Shown here one piece after another: positions 1 through 11,867 of a stretch of DNA of 64,000 nucleotides (position 1 is the first letter of the stretch; each line of letters starts with the position of its first letter). Source of the DNA: Phaeosaccion multiseriatum (Eukaryota; Protista; Ochrophyta, other classes); NCBI GenBank assembly GCA_965112735.1, contig OZ218950.1:3596001-3660000 (forward strand), given 5' to 3'. Made by a program: the position numbers and the translations under genes. A model generated the notes under the pieces. That model did no database searches and was not told the DNA's origin. It was given only the letters and a program-made list of their open reading frames with translations.

Positions 1-40
1 GGCGCTGATGTAGACACAAGCAACTGCCCCCCACACCTAC

Positions 41-546
41 CTAAAGTCGGCGACGGTAACTGGCGATGTGTCTTTCTTGCTAATCCCTCCGTTCCCGACG
101 AGCTCATCCTGGAGAGTCTTCGCCACAACACTCGCCAAATGCACCACATACGAGGCGACGACCACTTCCTTCGTCAGGCTCCCCATGTCCTGCGGATGCT
201 TCCATAATTCGCTGGGCGGCACGGCACCCTTTCCCCCTCCCGACCAGCCCGGCAAGGCTGCGAGACGCCTCCGGAGCTCGGAGTCCACATCGGCCACTGC
301 GCCATCAAGCTCGTCCAGTCTCAGTCCCAGACGACATAGCTGGATGCGACCTCCCGTCTCTGTGATGTCTATTTGCGCCTTTGCGGCCGCTTCTGAGTGT
401 GATGCTGAAAAAGATGCTCCTGCTGCTGCCGCTGCTCCTTGAGTTGATGTTCCTGCTGCTGCCATGACTGTGAGGGGGATGAAGGCACGCGCTTGCTGCG
501 ACAACAGAAGCAGTAAGAAGCAGAGCGCGAAGAAGAGGGAGGGCAT
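41..546 (-). CDS. 3'(2'),5'-bisphosphate nucleotidase / inositol monophosphatase family (SAL1/HAL2-like), exon 1 only; gene runs off the left edge; probably plastid-targeted
   Basis: ATG at 546 gives MPSLFFALCFLLLLLSQQARAFIP (signal peptide plus RAF motif). The exon ends in the family motif KKDTSPVTVADF, followed by a GTAGGT donor at 40. Confidence 0.8.
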
Positions 547-652
547 AGATAAAATGAAGAGAGAAGGAAGGAATTTCCCATGTTGGTTGTCCAAAGCCAT
601 CTGTACATTGCCCCCTCCGGACTCCGCCCTCCGCCCTCTCTGAACACAAATC

Positions 653-1839
653 ATGCCCTCTTCAGCGCTGTTGCGGGGCGCGGCTCTGGCAGGAGAGCTC
701 GTCTGTCGCTGCAGCAAGACACGCATCAGCCCTCGGGCCGCCTTGACGCCCTCGACCTTCCCAAGAAGCGCTAGCAGCAAGCGCAGATTGTTCACGGATG
801 GAGGAGGCGGAAGCGAGAGAGGAGAGCCTGCAGTTCGGAGTACGAGCAGCAAAGACGGTGCTAAGAGACCGGCCACTACGCAGCGACGACCGGTGAACGT
901 GATGGATGTGATGAAGCTCGCGAGGGAGGGTAAGAGGAAGCTCACCATGGTGACTGCCTACGACTATCCTTCTGCTTTACACGTGTGTCGAGCGAATATT
1001 GACATCCTCTTGGTTGGAGACTCGGTGGGAATGGTGAGTGAAGAGCGCTGCTCTCCCCTACTGCCCCTCGTCTGTGCTACTTCACTTTCCCCATCGTTGC
1101 TCTTTTTCTTCGATGTATACGTTGGCCCACTTTGCTGCCTTCATCCCAACCCTCTGCTGCCTTTCCTGCTGCTGTGGCTTGCTGCCGCTGCTGCAGGTAG
1201 AACTGGGCTATGAGACGACACTGCCGGTCACAGTTGACGATATGATCCACCACTGTCGGGCGGTGACGAGAGGAGCCAAACACCCCCTCATAGTCGGGGA
1301 CATGCCCTTCGGCAGCTACGAGGTCAACCCGGAGCAGGCCTTGCGCACGGCCTTTCGCTTCGTTAAGGAGGGAGGGGTTGACGCTGTGAAGCTCGAAGGG
1401 GGCGCCAATCGAGTGGAGCACGTTAAGAAGGTCGTGGATGGAGGGGTGGCGGTCATGGGCCACGTGGGTCTCACTCCACAGGCCATTAGCGTGCTTGGAG
1501 GCTTCCGAGCGCAGGGAAGGACCGCCGTCAAGGCCCGGCAACTAGTGGACGATGCCCTGGCCATTCAAGACGCAGGTGGGGTGGCAGAGGGGTGCTGGCA
1601 CGGGCACGCCAGATGCAGAGCACCAGGAGGAGAGGAGAATCAGTAGGAGCGGTTGAAGCGGAGGGCTTTCAGCTGGGCGGAGGCTCAGAGCGGGTTATCA
1701 TCTATCACACACACACACACACACACGCGTCGCCCTTCCTCCTTCCTCCCCTGACACACCCATCATTCGCTTGTGGATCGGGTAAACAGGCTGGGAAACT
1801 GCTCAGAAGGTGCCTGACTCCATTCGATTCGATGCTGCC

Positions 1840-1870
<31 letters not shown>

Positions 1871-2889
1871 ACCCCTCCCTTGTTGCAGGAGCTTTCGCGG
1901 TGGTGATTGAGTGCGTGCCCCAGCAGGTGGGAGCGGCCATCACTGCAGCGCTGGAGATACCCACCATAGGCATCGGGGCGGGCGGCGGCACGGACGGCCA
2001 GGTGCTCGTGTATCACGACATGCTGGGCATGCTGCAGCACCCGCACCATGCACAGTTCGTGCCCAAGTTCTGCAAGAAATACGCCAATGTTGGAGAGGAG
2101 GTGAGGGAGGGCGGGTGGGAGGGTGGGAGGGAGGGAGGGAGGGAAGGGGCGAGGGAGAGAGGCAGGGCAGCAGAGGCTCGCTGGAGAGGGAACGATCTGC
2201 GGACCTTTCTCAAAAGACTTGCCACACAATACCGCCCCCCCCCCCTTCCCCCAAGCCCAAGCAAGTATCTGACTAAGAGAGAGGGCTGATATGTGTGGGT
2301 GGGCTCTTTTTCTCTCTCTTTCTTCATTCTCTTGCGCGGGAGGGCAGATTCAGGCGGGCTTGGAGGCTTTCCGGACAGAGGTGGAGGGGGGTAAGTTTCC
2401 CTCCGAAGAGCACAGCCCCTACAGTATGAGCCAACAGGTGAGAAAGAGCGCGAGTGAAGTGAGGCACACCCAAACAGGGGCATGGAGGAAGGTGCGGGGC
2501 GCAGCACTCTGCATGAGAGGGGCGTTCTCCTCCTGCTACTGCTCAACCCTCTCTCATCCTCTTATCCCTCCCCCTATGCCTCGCGCGGGGTGTCGGCTGA
2601 GATGAAAGGCATACGCGAAAGGCCTGCTCCTCTGCCACTGCGTTGACGTATGTCTTGATGACATATTGATGTTGCCCCACTACCGCATGGCACCATCCAT
2701 ATCATGCAAGTAACATGCAAACTGCCACAACTCCTTGGGTCTGTGTATGCGTGTGATTCATAGGAGGAGCGGCGCTTCCAAGCACTGCTGTGCACCGACG
2801 AGGAGCAGCGCAAGGAGGCCCTGCGGCACACCAAGAAGAAGATCGCAGAGCAGGACGAGTACGAGTCCATCAAGCTCTACGGAGACTGA
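653..2889 (+). CDS. panB: 3-methyl-2-oxobutanoate hydroxymethyltransferase (ketopantoate hydroxymethyltransferase), 5 exons, probably mitochondrial
   Basis: Exons 653-1033, 1197-1575, 1889-2100, 2348-2437 and 2764-2889 splice in frame at GT-AG sites. Motifs [72 protein letters not shown]. The N-terminus is Arg/Ser-rich, like a presequence. Confidence 0.95.
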
Positions 2890-3290
2890 CCCTATTGATT
2901 GACTGACTCGGGAGGAGGGCGACGAAACGTCGACAATCTCGCTCAACGGAGACTGACTGACTGACTCACTCAATCACTCGGGAGGACGACGAGACATCGA
3001 CCAACCATCAGCCTCTGCGTATTGAGCCTGGCTTGGGAGGAATGCGAGTCGACGATGCTCGAATCGAAGTACTGGGGCTGACTTAGAGACTGACTTGGTA
3101 GGAGCGCGAGACCTAGCAGGCAGGCTCCAAGTCCCTGTCAAGGTTATAGCGCAAGTGTAGCTTTTCTTTAACTGTCGAATTTATGTTGTGATTCATCTCT
3201 CCTGACCGTCGAAGCCTTCCAAAAGCGCCGACAGAGGAGTCTATTGCTGCACACACACATGCATCCATCCATCCATCTGTTCCCATCTGC

Positions 3291-6200
3291 TCATTGGATG
3301 CGTCTCCATGTACACACAAAGAAGCCGTCGGTGCCGTGGCGGTGGGGTGTCAGTGTGACAAAGTGTTTGCTTCGCCAATCCTTTGTTCCACCCGCCCCCT
3401 TCCCCTCCTGCAAGCGCCCGTCAACGCAGACTCCATCACAGCCCGCTTCTGGCACGACCTTGCTGCTGCTGCTGCTGCTGCTGCTACCCCTGCTGGTGGT
3501 GGTGGTGCGACCGGCCGAAAAGGCCCTCTCAGCAACCTCGTTGCCCCAGGAGTGGCGCAGAGGGAGAGCCTCGAAGGCAAGTTGCTCGTCACACACTCGA
3601 TCGTCTCGGACTTCGTCTCGCATGCGTGCTGGGAACGGCGGAGACGGCGCCTTTTCCACTGCTCCTGATCCTGGGCAAAAGTGACTCTCAAAGTCCGCTA
3701 CCACTGAGGGGGGGGGAGAGAGAGACGCACGAGTGAGTAAGTGAGCGAGCAAGTGGGGAGGAAGTGAGTGAGTGAGGGCATGCGACGGGGGAGTTGTGTC
3801 CTCTTACCCTCCTCGTTTTCCTCGACTCGGAGAGTGCACGTGGCATAGACGAGAGTGCCTCCCACCTGCGGTGGAGAGGAGAGGCACAGCACAGCAGACA
3901 CACACACACACACAAAAGAACATAGAGAAGGAAGGGAAACAAAGGAGATCATGATGTCATGCGTGCCTCTGCCGCCTTGCGATGTCGCACCCGCTTGCGC
4001 ATGGGGCAGGCAGAGCTCTTCTCTTCCTCTCGCTCCTGCTCCCACACGCACGGACCCACCACCCACCCACCTGGACGAGAGGCGCGGCGCTTTTTAGCAG
4101 AGCCTTCTGCAGAGGAGCGTAGGCCTGCAGAGAGTCGGGGTCAATCTCCCACCTCACGTTGGGCCCTCTGAGTGCGTCCAAACACGAGGGAGGGCAAAGC
4201 ACAGAAGGGAAGAGTGATGGAGAAAATCTACTCTACTGGAGAGTCTCCTGGAGAGGAGGGGAGGGAGGAAGGGAGGGATGGGCCAGAAAAGGAGGGACTA
4301 AGAAAGCTCACCGTACCCTTGTGGCAGACAATCCCCTTGCCCCTCTCCCCCGTCTTGTTGACTGTACTGGTGACACGTGCACAGCCCTCACCTGCGCAGT
4401 GTCCCCAGAGAGGAGCAGGGAGCGTCCACCAAGACCGCATGGGCCGTACGGTGCAGAGGTGCCCCGCCGAGGGCCTCCCGAATCACCTCAAGCTGCACCA
4501 CCTCCTCCTCCCCCTCCCCCTCCTCTCTCTCTCCCTCTCCTACCCGCTTGTCATCGCGCTGATCAGCAGTACTCCTTCCACTCCCTCCTCCTCCTCCTCC
4601 TCCTCCTCCTCCTCCTCCTCCTCGGACTTCTCCGTCTCGTGCTGTGCAGCAACGTTGGTCGGACGGTCTCCATGCGCCAACGTCGCCCCCGCGCCCCCCC
4701 AGCGTTGCGCTTTCCTTCACCACTCTCGTTGGTGTTCTATCTTCGACCATTACGGTGCTATCGACACATTCCCTCCGCCCCTCTGCTCCTCCATTTGCTG
4801 CCTCAGAAGGAGAAGAGGCCGAAGCCGAAGCCGAAGCCGCCGATGGCGCCACGTTCAGCAACCCCAAATGAGAAACACATGTCACCACCCTCCCCTCCCC
4901 CACGCGGGCTCTCTTGAGCCTGGGCTGCAAGTCCCTGAGAGCCTTCTCATCCACATCATGTGCCACAACTCTTCCCTCGGGGCCCACCATGACCGCCAGC
5001 GCCAGGGCCTTTCCACCCCGCCCTGCACACAGGTCTACCACCCTGTCCCCAGGGCGGCAGCCTGTGGCGAGGGCAACGAGCTGACTGCCTTCGTCCTGCA
5101 CCTCGAAGAGGCCTCCTCGCCAGCTCTCGGAGCCCCAGATGTTGGGCTGTGAGTGGGATACACGTGGTTATGGTCGTCATCGGGTCGGATGGGGGGGGGG
5201 GGGCTGAGGGGTGAGCACTCTCTCATCTTCTTGTCCCTACGGTAGGAGAGCGCGCCGCAGGTGTGCCATACACATGCCAGGGGCCAGATTCCCCAGCTCG
5301 GTAGGGAGACCAAAGAGCAGTACTTTCTTGTCAGTCGAATTGTGATGCCACTCAAGCAAAGTCTTTCGGAACCCTCGGCCTCACCTTCGAAGGATCCTGC
5401 AGCTTCAAGCCCCACGGTGACAGACTGGTGGGCACGCACAAGAAGCCATCTGCCGAGAGTAGAGCAGCTGAGAGGTTCTCGACGCGACTTTGAGCCACTA
5501 CTGCCGCAACAGTAGTTGCTTCTTTCCCTCCCGCTGCTTTTCGGGTCGCCGCCCCAGCTCCCTCCACAACCTCCAGATTACCTCGGAAGGTCACGCCCGC
5601 AGGCCGGTTGGTGGAAGCGCCCAAGAGAGAGGCATCGCCAGAGCCAAAGCGACAAAGCCAATCCCGAGCGAGCCACAGCGGCAACGAGTGCTCCACGCAG
5701 AGCCGATGCAGAGGGTCGGTCGGCCAATCGATTACCCCTCCCTGGAGCTGGCGGTGCCAGAGCAGCTCCACCAGAGCGGGCTCGAGAAGACCATGGGTGA
5801 TGGCGAGGAGGGTGCACAAGCTTGGAGGCGGACGAGGAGAGGTGGTCGATTCGTGTGTGGCGACGGGGGCCGCCTCGGTGCTAGTGGCGAGGGCGGCAGG
5901 AAAGTAGACGTGCTCCTCTCGCAGCTGGTACAAGAGAAGGAGAGCCGCGGCGACACTAAACGTCGACATCACCACTGCTCCTGCTTCAGTCGATGGTGGG
6001 GGAGGGCTCAACGGCAATGGTGATGGGGGTGACAAATTGGCAGGGAGGAATGTGCCCCTCCCCGAAAGGCATTGCTGTAGCACATATAGAAGCCTCCCCC
6101 TTAAGCAGCACGCTCCCAGTAGTCTTCGGGCAGTCTCAGCCCTCCCTCGAGTGTCGTGCTTGAGCAACGGGTGTCGTAAGGCCTTCTTTAGGGCCTTCTC

Positions 6201-6335
6201 CGCAGTGATGCGGGACTCCAAAATGCTTTCCAGGGCCTGTGCAGACACCAAGAACCGCTCTTCTTCCGTCAGGAGCAGTGCCTGGGTTGCCATTCCTGGT
6301 GATTCTTCCGCTGCTACCGCCGCGCTCCTCTTCAT
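3291..6335 (-). CDS. RsmB/Sun/NOL1-family RNA (cytosine-C5) methyltransferase, 5 exons
   Basis: Exons 6335-5385, 5146-4392, 4167-4071, 3865-3808 and 3704-3291. Motifs FEVQDEGSQLVA, VVDLCAGRGGK, VLVDAPCSSLGTLRRGPNVRW, GGTLVYATCTLRVEENE, PHRHGTDGFF. Confidence 0.92.
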
Positions 6336-6508
6336 GAAACCGACGCCGCTTTACTGTGGGGGGGGGGTCTTTATTGACTTTACTGTGGGGGGGGGGGGGG
6401 CATGAGACACCGAACGTGTTGGTAGTCTATTCTGATTTCACAAGTGGCGCCGAATCAACTTCTCTCTCATCGTTTTCCACCCTCTGTTATTTACTTCCTT
6501 TTTTGGTT

Positions 6509-9500
6509 ATGCAGAGCCTTGATGGAGAGGATGAGGTCCTTGCAACACCAACGAAGGAGGGGTTCGGAACAGCTGACCCTGTCCTCCTCAGCAGTGATGA
6601 TTCCACACCGCAAGCGGTGGCGTGGGTGAATCCCTTTGACGGTAACGAGTGTGGGGCCACATTACTCGTAAATTCCTCACCGGCGATGGCAATGCAGGAG
6701 ACGGAGCTGGGATCAGCTGCGGTAGCCAAACCGAAGCGACGCTCTCCCGTGTTGCCACTCGCAGAGCGAGCGGCTTCGAGTGATGAAGGATGTTCTGATT
6801 TATCTGATGCTGTGTTGGTGCTGGGTGGGGAGTCTCCTGGCAAGGTTCCTCGCTCCCCGACGCTCCAGCGGAAAATCTCGTTCGGAGCCGCAGGAGTGGA
6901 GAAGCTTGTTGCTGCTGATGTGTGGAGTGCCTGGTCTTCCTCCCCTCTCGTCGCAAGCCTCACTCCGTCTTCGCCCACCGTCGAGAGGGAGGTTGCTGAT
7001 GATGATGCTGCTACTGCTTCTTCAGGATGGGGGCAGCTGTGGCAAGAAGAAAAGGGGCCTCCTCAGACGGAGTCTCTGCACCAAGAGCCTCAGCAGCAAT
7101 ATCGATGTGGACAGGAAGAGCCCTTGAACGAGGGAGAAGACTTAGCAGAACAGACCAAGAACGACGGTCGAGGAGTGCAAGAGGAAGGCGTTGCATCGGA
7201 GGAGCAACAAGATTGCGGGAGCTGTAACGCAGAGACCGATACTGGGAAAGAGGGGCACGTATCGCCCACACTAAATAGGCCCAGACAGGGAGAGCCCGGC
7301 GGTGCAGACGAGCTAGGGGAGAAGGCGAAAGATACCAACGAGCGAGGTGCGGACCCGCCCGCTGCCCATGCCGTCAAAGCCGCTGCTTCTACACGGTCGT
7401 TGTCGAGGAGCGTCAGCCCTCCTGCGTGTTCCATGGCATTCGCCGCCGACCTGCCGTACCCCATAGACAAGATCCCCCATGTTGCGAAGCAGCTGCAGAA
7501 GGAGAAGGAGGAGGAGAACGGGCTGGAAGGAGAGAAGGAGGAAGAGCACAAGGGGCATAACGAGCAGGAGGATACTGTCGTGCACCACCCTGCTATCGTC
7601 TTGACTCGCACCCTGTCTGCCTCGACGATGTACCCCTGTGCGTCGATGAAGGACAGCATGCTTCGCCACGTCGTTGCCCAGTCTGTTGTGAAGAGGGGCA
7701 TGGAAGGCCTACAGAGGCGTGTCCAGGAGCAGGGCCTACAGAGGCGGCAGCAGCAAGAGCAGCAGGAAGAGGAGGGGTGGGGGAGGGAGGAGGAGGAGGA
7801 GGAACAGTGGAAAGAGAGCGGACAGGAGACGCAAAGCAGCGGACGCAGGACAAGCACGGGTGCGACGGGAGCGAAAAGAGGAGAAGGAGAAGAAGCAGCT
7901 GCAGCGGAAGGACCAGGGGCGAGAAACGAAACAGAAGCTGAAGAAGGCAAGCAGCAGCAGCAGCAGCAGCAGCAGGGTACAACCCTTGGTCCATTAGGTG
8001 CCCCTGTGTCCACCAAGTCCAGCAAACTGCGGCAGGATCGAGGCCGTAGCGAACGCATCAGGCAACTCGAGCGGCAGAGCGATATCCTTGGACTGAGGGG
8101 CCGACAGCAGCGGAGTAATAGTGCCCGCAGATGTCGAAGCGGAAGCCGCCGTCGGGGTAGCGCCCCCGAGGTGGAGGACTTCCGAAGGCTCGTCCCTACC
8201 ACTGCTGAGGCCGCCGCCGCTGCTGCTGAGGGAGGACCGGCAGGGTATATCTGGAGGAAGCGAAGCTACAGTGTCGACCGGGGGGGAAGCCAGCGGAGAG
8301 AGATGGAGGAGAGGAGGTCACGGACACCCCGCTACCCAGGGTCGCAGTCTCCTCCGGGTGTGGAGGAGGCCAGCGGACGGCCGCAGCCCCTTGGCTGGGC
8401 GGCTGTTGCTTCTGGCAGTGGATGTGTTGCTCGCTCGTTCGGCGCTCCTCCCGCAGCGGTTGGTGCGTTGGAGGAACAGCAGCGGTGGTGGAAGGAGCAG
8501 CTGCGGTGGTATCGGGGGCAGGAAGGGGGGTCAAGTGTGTGTAAAAAGAAGGAAGATACGGGAGATGGAGAGATGGGTGGGAGGGGAAAGGACGTCATGG
8601 AGAGCGATCAGGGTGGAGGGGTAACCTCGCAAGCTAGAGAGGAGAAGGAGGAAGAGGAGGGGAAGGACGGGGAGGCGGGGTGCCCAGCGCCACAGCAGCA
8701 GCAGCGCGAAGAGAGTGAAGAGAGAGGCCAAAACCTAAGTATGCGGTCCTTCGAAGCAATGGCTCTATTGGAGCTCGCCACGAGCGGCCATTTGGAGCAA
8801 GAGGAGGAGGAGGCGGGGAGCAGAGCGTCAGCAAGGCGCGGCAGTGTAACGAGTGCGAGCACGGCACAGCGAATGCCCTCCTCGGTAGGGGAGGCACGTG
8901 TACAGGGGCGGGAGAGGAGGGGCAGCGGCAGTGGCAGTAGTAGCAGTAGCAGCAGTAGCAGCGATGACAGCACTGAGGTTCCTGCCAACGAGGGCAGCAC
9001 CAGCGAACAGGGTGAGGCGGACCTCGACTCGGCTTGCTCTGAAGGGCAAAGCCGGGGGGGTGCGAGTTGTAGCAGCGCCAGCGAGGCCGATGGAAGTAGC
9101 AGTGGGAGGAGAAGGAGGAGGACCATCAGCTCTGGTACGATCGCGACAGAGGAGGATAAGGAGGAGGAGGCAGAGGAGCAGAAGGAGGAGAACGAGCAAC
9201 AAGAAGCAGGATCAGCAGTCGTCGTGGCTGCTGGTGGAGGTGAAGGCGAGGGCGGTGCCGGCGATCAGGGTGCAGCTGCAGCCGCCGAAAAGAAGTCTGC
9301 GCTGCTGAGCTGGCGTGTTGCGGCGCTCCTCGCGAGGAACCGATACCTCCACTCCCGCTGCGAGGCGCTGGAGGCGACGGTGCAGCAGCAGCAAGAGGCG
9401 GTACGGGAGTCTCGATCCGCCTTGACGAGCTCGCTGCAAGGCACCCTTGCCTCGGACGGGCAGCTGAGAGAGTGGCTACAGGAAGCGCTGTGCGTTAGTG

Positions 9501-10936
9501 AGAAGCAAGCCCGGCTCATGGAAGAGCTCTGTCGAAGGGAAGAGCGCCTCACACAAATCGCCCAGGGGGCTGGCCGTATGAGAATGGCAGCGCTGAGTGC
9601 CAGCAAGAGTGGTATCAGCGGCAACGGCGGAGGAGAAGGAGGGGGAGGGGCAGGGGTAGGGTCAGGGGCAGGAATGGCGCCCCCTTCTCCCTCGAGGACA
9701 TTGTCTTCTCCAGGCAGAGAAGCAGCAGCAGCAGCAGCAGCAGCAGGAGGAGGAGGAGGAGGAGGAGGAGGAGCAGGAGGAGGCGGCGGTCGAGGCAACA
9801 AACCTGTGTCTTTATTGCAGAGCTACAAGACCGGCTTCGATATGGGTGGTGCGGGAGTGTCGTACTCTGACCTGCAGCAAGGGAGAGAGCATGCAAAGTG
9901 GGTACAAGCGCAGAAAATCGATGCCTTGTTTGACAAGCTGGAGGGCGCGGGCCAAGCAGGGTACGGGGGAGGCGATGGCACCGGATGGTGGGGGGGCAGT
10001 GGTACCACTGGGACAGCAACAACAGCCGCAGTAGATACAACGGGAGGAAGGGCAGTGGCAGGGGCAGGGGAATGGAGAGCGCATGCCATCGGCCACGGAG
10101 GAGGACCAAGCAGCCTCAACCCCTTCGACAGCACGGGAGCCCCGCTGCACCGGGCGCAGGCCGCCAAGCTCCGGGATTCCCACGCGATGGCCCACGTCTT
10201 GCTCGGGCTCCACAGAGGCTGCCTGGGGGTGCTCTCCGACGGCTCTCAGGTGTCTCAGGAGCCGCATGAGCGTGTTGTTGTGCCGCACCACCACCACCAA
10301 GGCACCCACTTCTCCCCTTCCCCCTCCCCCCGGGTCCTTCCTCGTGTCGGAGCGTGCAGCCCTCCCCCGCTGCCTGGATCGGCAGGAGGAACCATTGCGG
10401 CACAAACGGCTGAACGGAACAAGAACCACCGCCACCAAGGAAACCTCTGGAGCGGAAGCGAGGGTAGCGTTCTCCAAGGCAGTCCGACGGTCACTGTTAC
10501 TGGTGCTACTGCCCCTGCTGCTACTACTGCTGCTATTCCTGCTCCTACGTGCTGTGCCTCACCGGCTGCAGCCAGTAGCCCCCGGGATCTCGGGCTCAGG
10601 CCTAGAGACATCGTCCCGCCGCGCCTTGACTTCGGCTTCCACTCTCCCGCCCCGTCCCCTCGCTGCCCCAGCCCTTATCGGGGAGAGGGCAGAGTGGTGG
10701 TGGTCCGAGCCGGAGGAGCAACAGGAGGAGCAGTGGGATCGCCTCCTCTTCGTCGGTCTTCGATACCGCCTGCCACGTGGAGGAGAGGCAATGGAGCGCT
10801 GATAGGGCCGCAGGGGCAGCGGCAGCAGAGTCCGCGTCAGGGTCAGCAGCAGGGTTCGCGGGTTGCCGTGGCTGGGAGCCTGACCGCACGGGCTCTTCAG
10901 CAACGAATCGCAGCTGAGAGATTTTTCACGCTCTGA
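6509..10936 (+). CDS. Large intronless, low-complexity/disordered protein (~1475 aa) with a central coiled-coil segment; unknown function
   Basis: 4.4 kb uninterrupted ORF with first ATG at 6509, divergent from the RsmB gene. A heptad-like helix lies at ~9290-9600 (LLSWRVAALLARNRYLHSRCEALEATVQQQQEAVRE...). Confidence 0.75.
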   Translation: MQSLDGEDEVLATPTKEGFGTADPVLLSSDDSTPQAVAWVNPFDGNECGATLLVNSSPAMAMQETELGSAAVAKPKRRSPVLPLAERAASSDEGCSDLSDAVLVLGGESPGKVPRSPTLQRKISFGAAGVEKLVAADVWSAWSSSPLVASLTPSSPTVEREVADDDAATASSGWGQLWQEEKGPPQTESLHQEPQQQYRCGQEEPLNEGEDLAEQTKNDGRGVQEEGVASEEQQDCGSCNAETDTGKEGHVSPTLNRPRQGEPGGADELGEKAKDTNERGADPPAAHAVKAAASTRSLSRSVSPPACSMAFAADLPYPIDKIPHVAKQLQKEKEEENGLEGEKEEEHKGHNEQEDTVVHHPAIVLTRTLSASTMYPCASMKDSMLRHVVAQSVVKRGMEGLQRRVQEQGLQRRQQQEQQEEEGWGREEEEEEQWKESGQETQSSGRRTSTGATGAKRGEGEEAAAAEGPGARNETEAEEGKQQQQQQQQGTTLGPLGAPVSTKSSKLRQDRGRSERIRQLERQSDILGLRGRQQRSNSARRCRSGSRRRGSAPEVEDFRRLVPTTAEAAAAAAEGGPAGYIWRKRSYSVDRGGSQRREMEERRSRTPRYPGSQSPPGVEEASGRPQPLGWAAVASGSGCVARSFGAPPAAVGALEEQQRWWKEQLRWYRGQEGGSSVCKKKEDTGDGEMGGRGKDVMESDQGGGVTSQAREEKEEEEGKDGEAGCPAPQQQQREESEERGQNLSMRSFEAMALLELATSGHLEQEEEEAGSRASARRGSVTSASTAQRMPSSVGEARVQGRERRGSGSGSSSSSSSSSDDSTEVPANEGSTSEQGEADLDSACSEGQSRGGASCSSASEADGSSSGRRRRRTISSGTIATEEDKEEEAEEQKEENEQQEAGSAVVVAAGGGEGEGGAGDQGAAAAAEKKSALLSWRVAALLARNRYLHSRCEALEATVQQQQEAVRESRSALTSSLQGTLASDGQLREWLQEALCVSEKQARLMEELCRREERLTQIAQGAGRMRMAALSASKSGISGNGGGEGGGGAGVGSGAGMAPPSPSRTLSSPGREAAAAAAAAGGGGGGGGGAGGGGGRGNKPVSLLQSYKTGFDMGGAGVSYSDLQQGREHAKWVQAQKIDALFDKLEGAGQAGYGGGDGTGWWGGSGTTGTATTAAVDTTGGRAVAGAGEWRAHAIGHGGGPSSLNPFDSTGAPLHRAQAAKLRDSHAMAHVLLGLHRGCLGVLSDGSQVSQEPHERVVVPHHHHQGTHFSPSPSPRVLPRVGACSPPPLPGSAGGTIAAQTAERNKNHRHQGNLWSGSEGSVLQGSPTVTVTGATAPAATTAAIPAPTCCASPAAASSPRDLGLRPRDIVPPRLDFGFHSPAPSPRCPSPYRGEGRVVVVRAGGATGGAVGSPPLRRSSIPPATWRRGNGALIGPQGQRQQSPRQGQQQGSRVAVAGSLTARALQQRIAAERFFTL

Positions 10937-11221
10937 GAGGGCCCGTTGGCCTAATTTCTTTCCGTTTGTTTGTTTGTCGAGTCGAGAACATTGGCTTGTT
11001 GGATGACCGAAGATGGGCGGTACTGAGATAGACGAATCTGGATTAAGGAATACAATGGAAAGACGCTCGCAAAGACATGTGTATATTCGACTACTCCAAG
11101 GGCTTAATCCTCCGCTGGAAACTCTCTTCTCTTTCCCATCAGTGTGAAAGCCTTCTTCTTTTTAGAGAAGAGTGATTGATTCCCCTCACGCTCGCACACG
11201 CGCGACTGCGCCGTCCGCCGC

Positions 11222-11830
11222 CTACTCCGACATGAGCATCATAGTGGGGGGAGTGGCCCCCACCGTGGACGATGAAGACATCCTCATCTCAGGTGGTTAC
11301 TTCTCGAAGGGCATCACGTCTTTGCAGCGTACACGGAAGCAAGCCTTGTCCTCTGATCCTATGCCCGCCTGGGCCGCGTCGAAGGCCTCGATGGACACCT
11401 CGGGATGCCCTCGGCTGAACGTGAGACCGATGTGGACCTCCTTTAGACCAGACTCTGTACAGCCGAGGCGTCTGCATGGAGGTCGCCGCATGAGGGCGCT
11501 CCTATACTCATTGATGAAGAACTCATTCATCTCCTCCAGGAAGATGGGCCACACTTCTTTCCGCTCCTCGGTGCTGAGTCGCCAAAGCGTGTCCATGTAG
11601 CCCAGAATCGAAGCATCTATCTCACCCGGAGCTGCCCTCCCCAAAACCGGTCGCAGCATACGCTGCCAAGTAAAATCCTCTCCCTTGTCTCCGGATCTGC
11701 CCCACAGTTAAATGCCACTGCTGCCTGGACCAGTGAAGCTGAGCTGGGTCGGGTAGAAAGAATTGAAGGTCGCATCCGGGGGGGGGGGGCTCCGAGGGTC
11801 GGCAAGATGCCACAATATTATATGTATGGT
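11222..11830 (-). pseudogene. Putative degenerate, intronless coding fragment of unknown origin
   Basis: One minus-strand frame reads globular-looking sequence (ILWHLADPRS...FYPTQLSF...GI*LWGRSGDKGEDFTWQRMLRPVLG...DTLWRLSTEERKEVWPIFLEEMNEFFINEY...MPFEK*), interrupted by TAA stops. I recognise no motif. Confidence 0.3.
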
Positions 11831-11867
11831 TTAATTTTGTTCTCCCTCTCCCTCCTTCTCCCCCAAC

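Noticed and set aside
2900-3003. Short imperfect duplication (ACTCGGGAGGA..GACGA.AC.TCGAC) after panB
   Set aside because: A local two-copy slippage duplication in a 3' UTR, with no TIR, TSD or other copies in the window.
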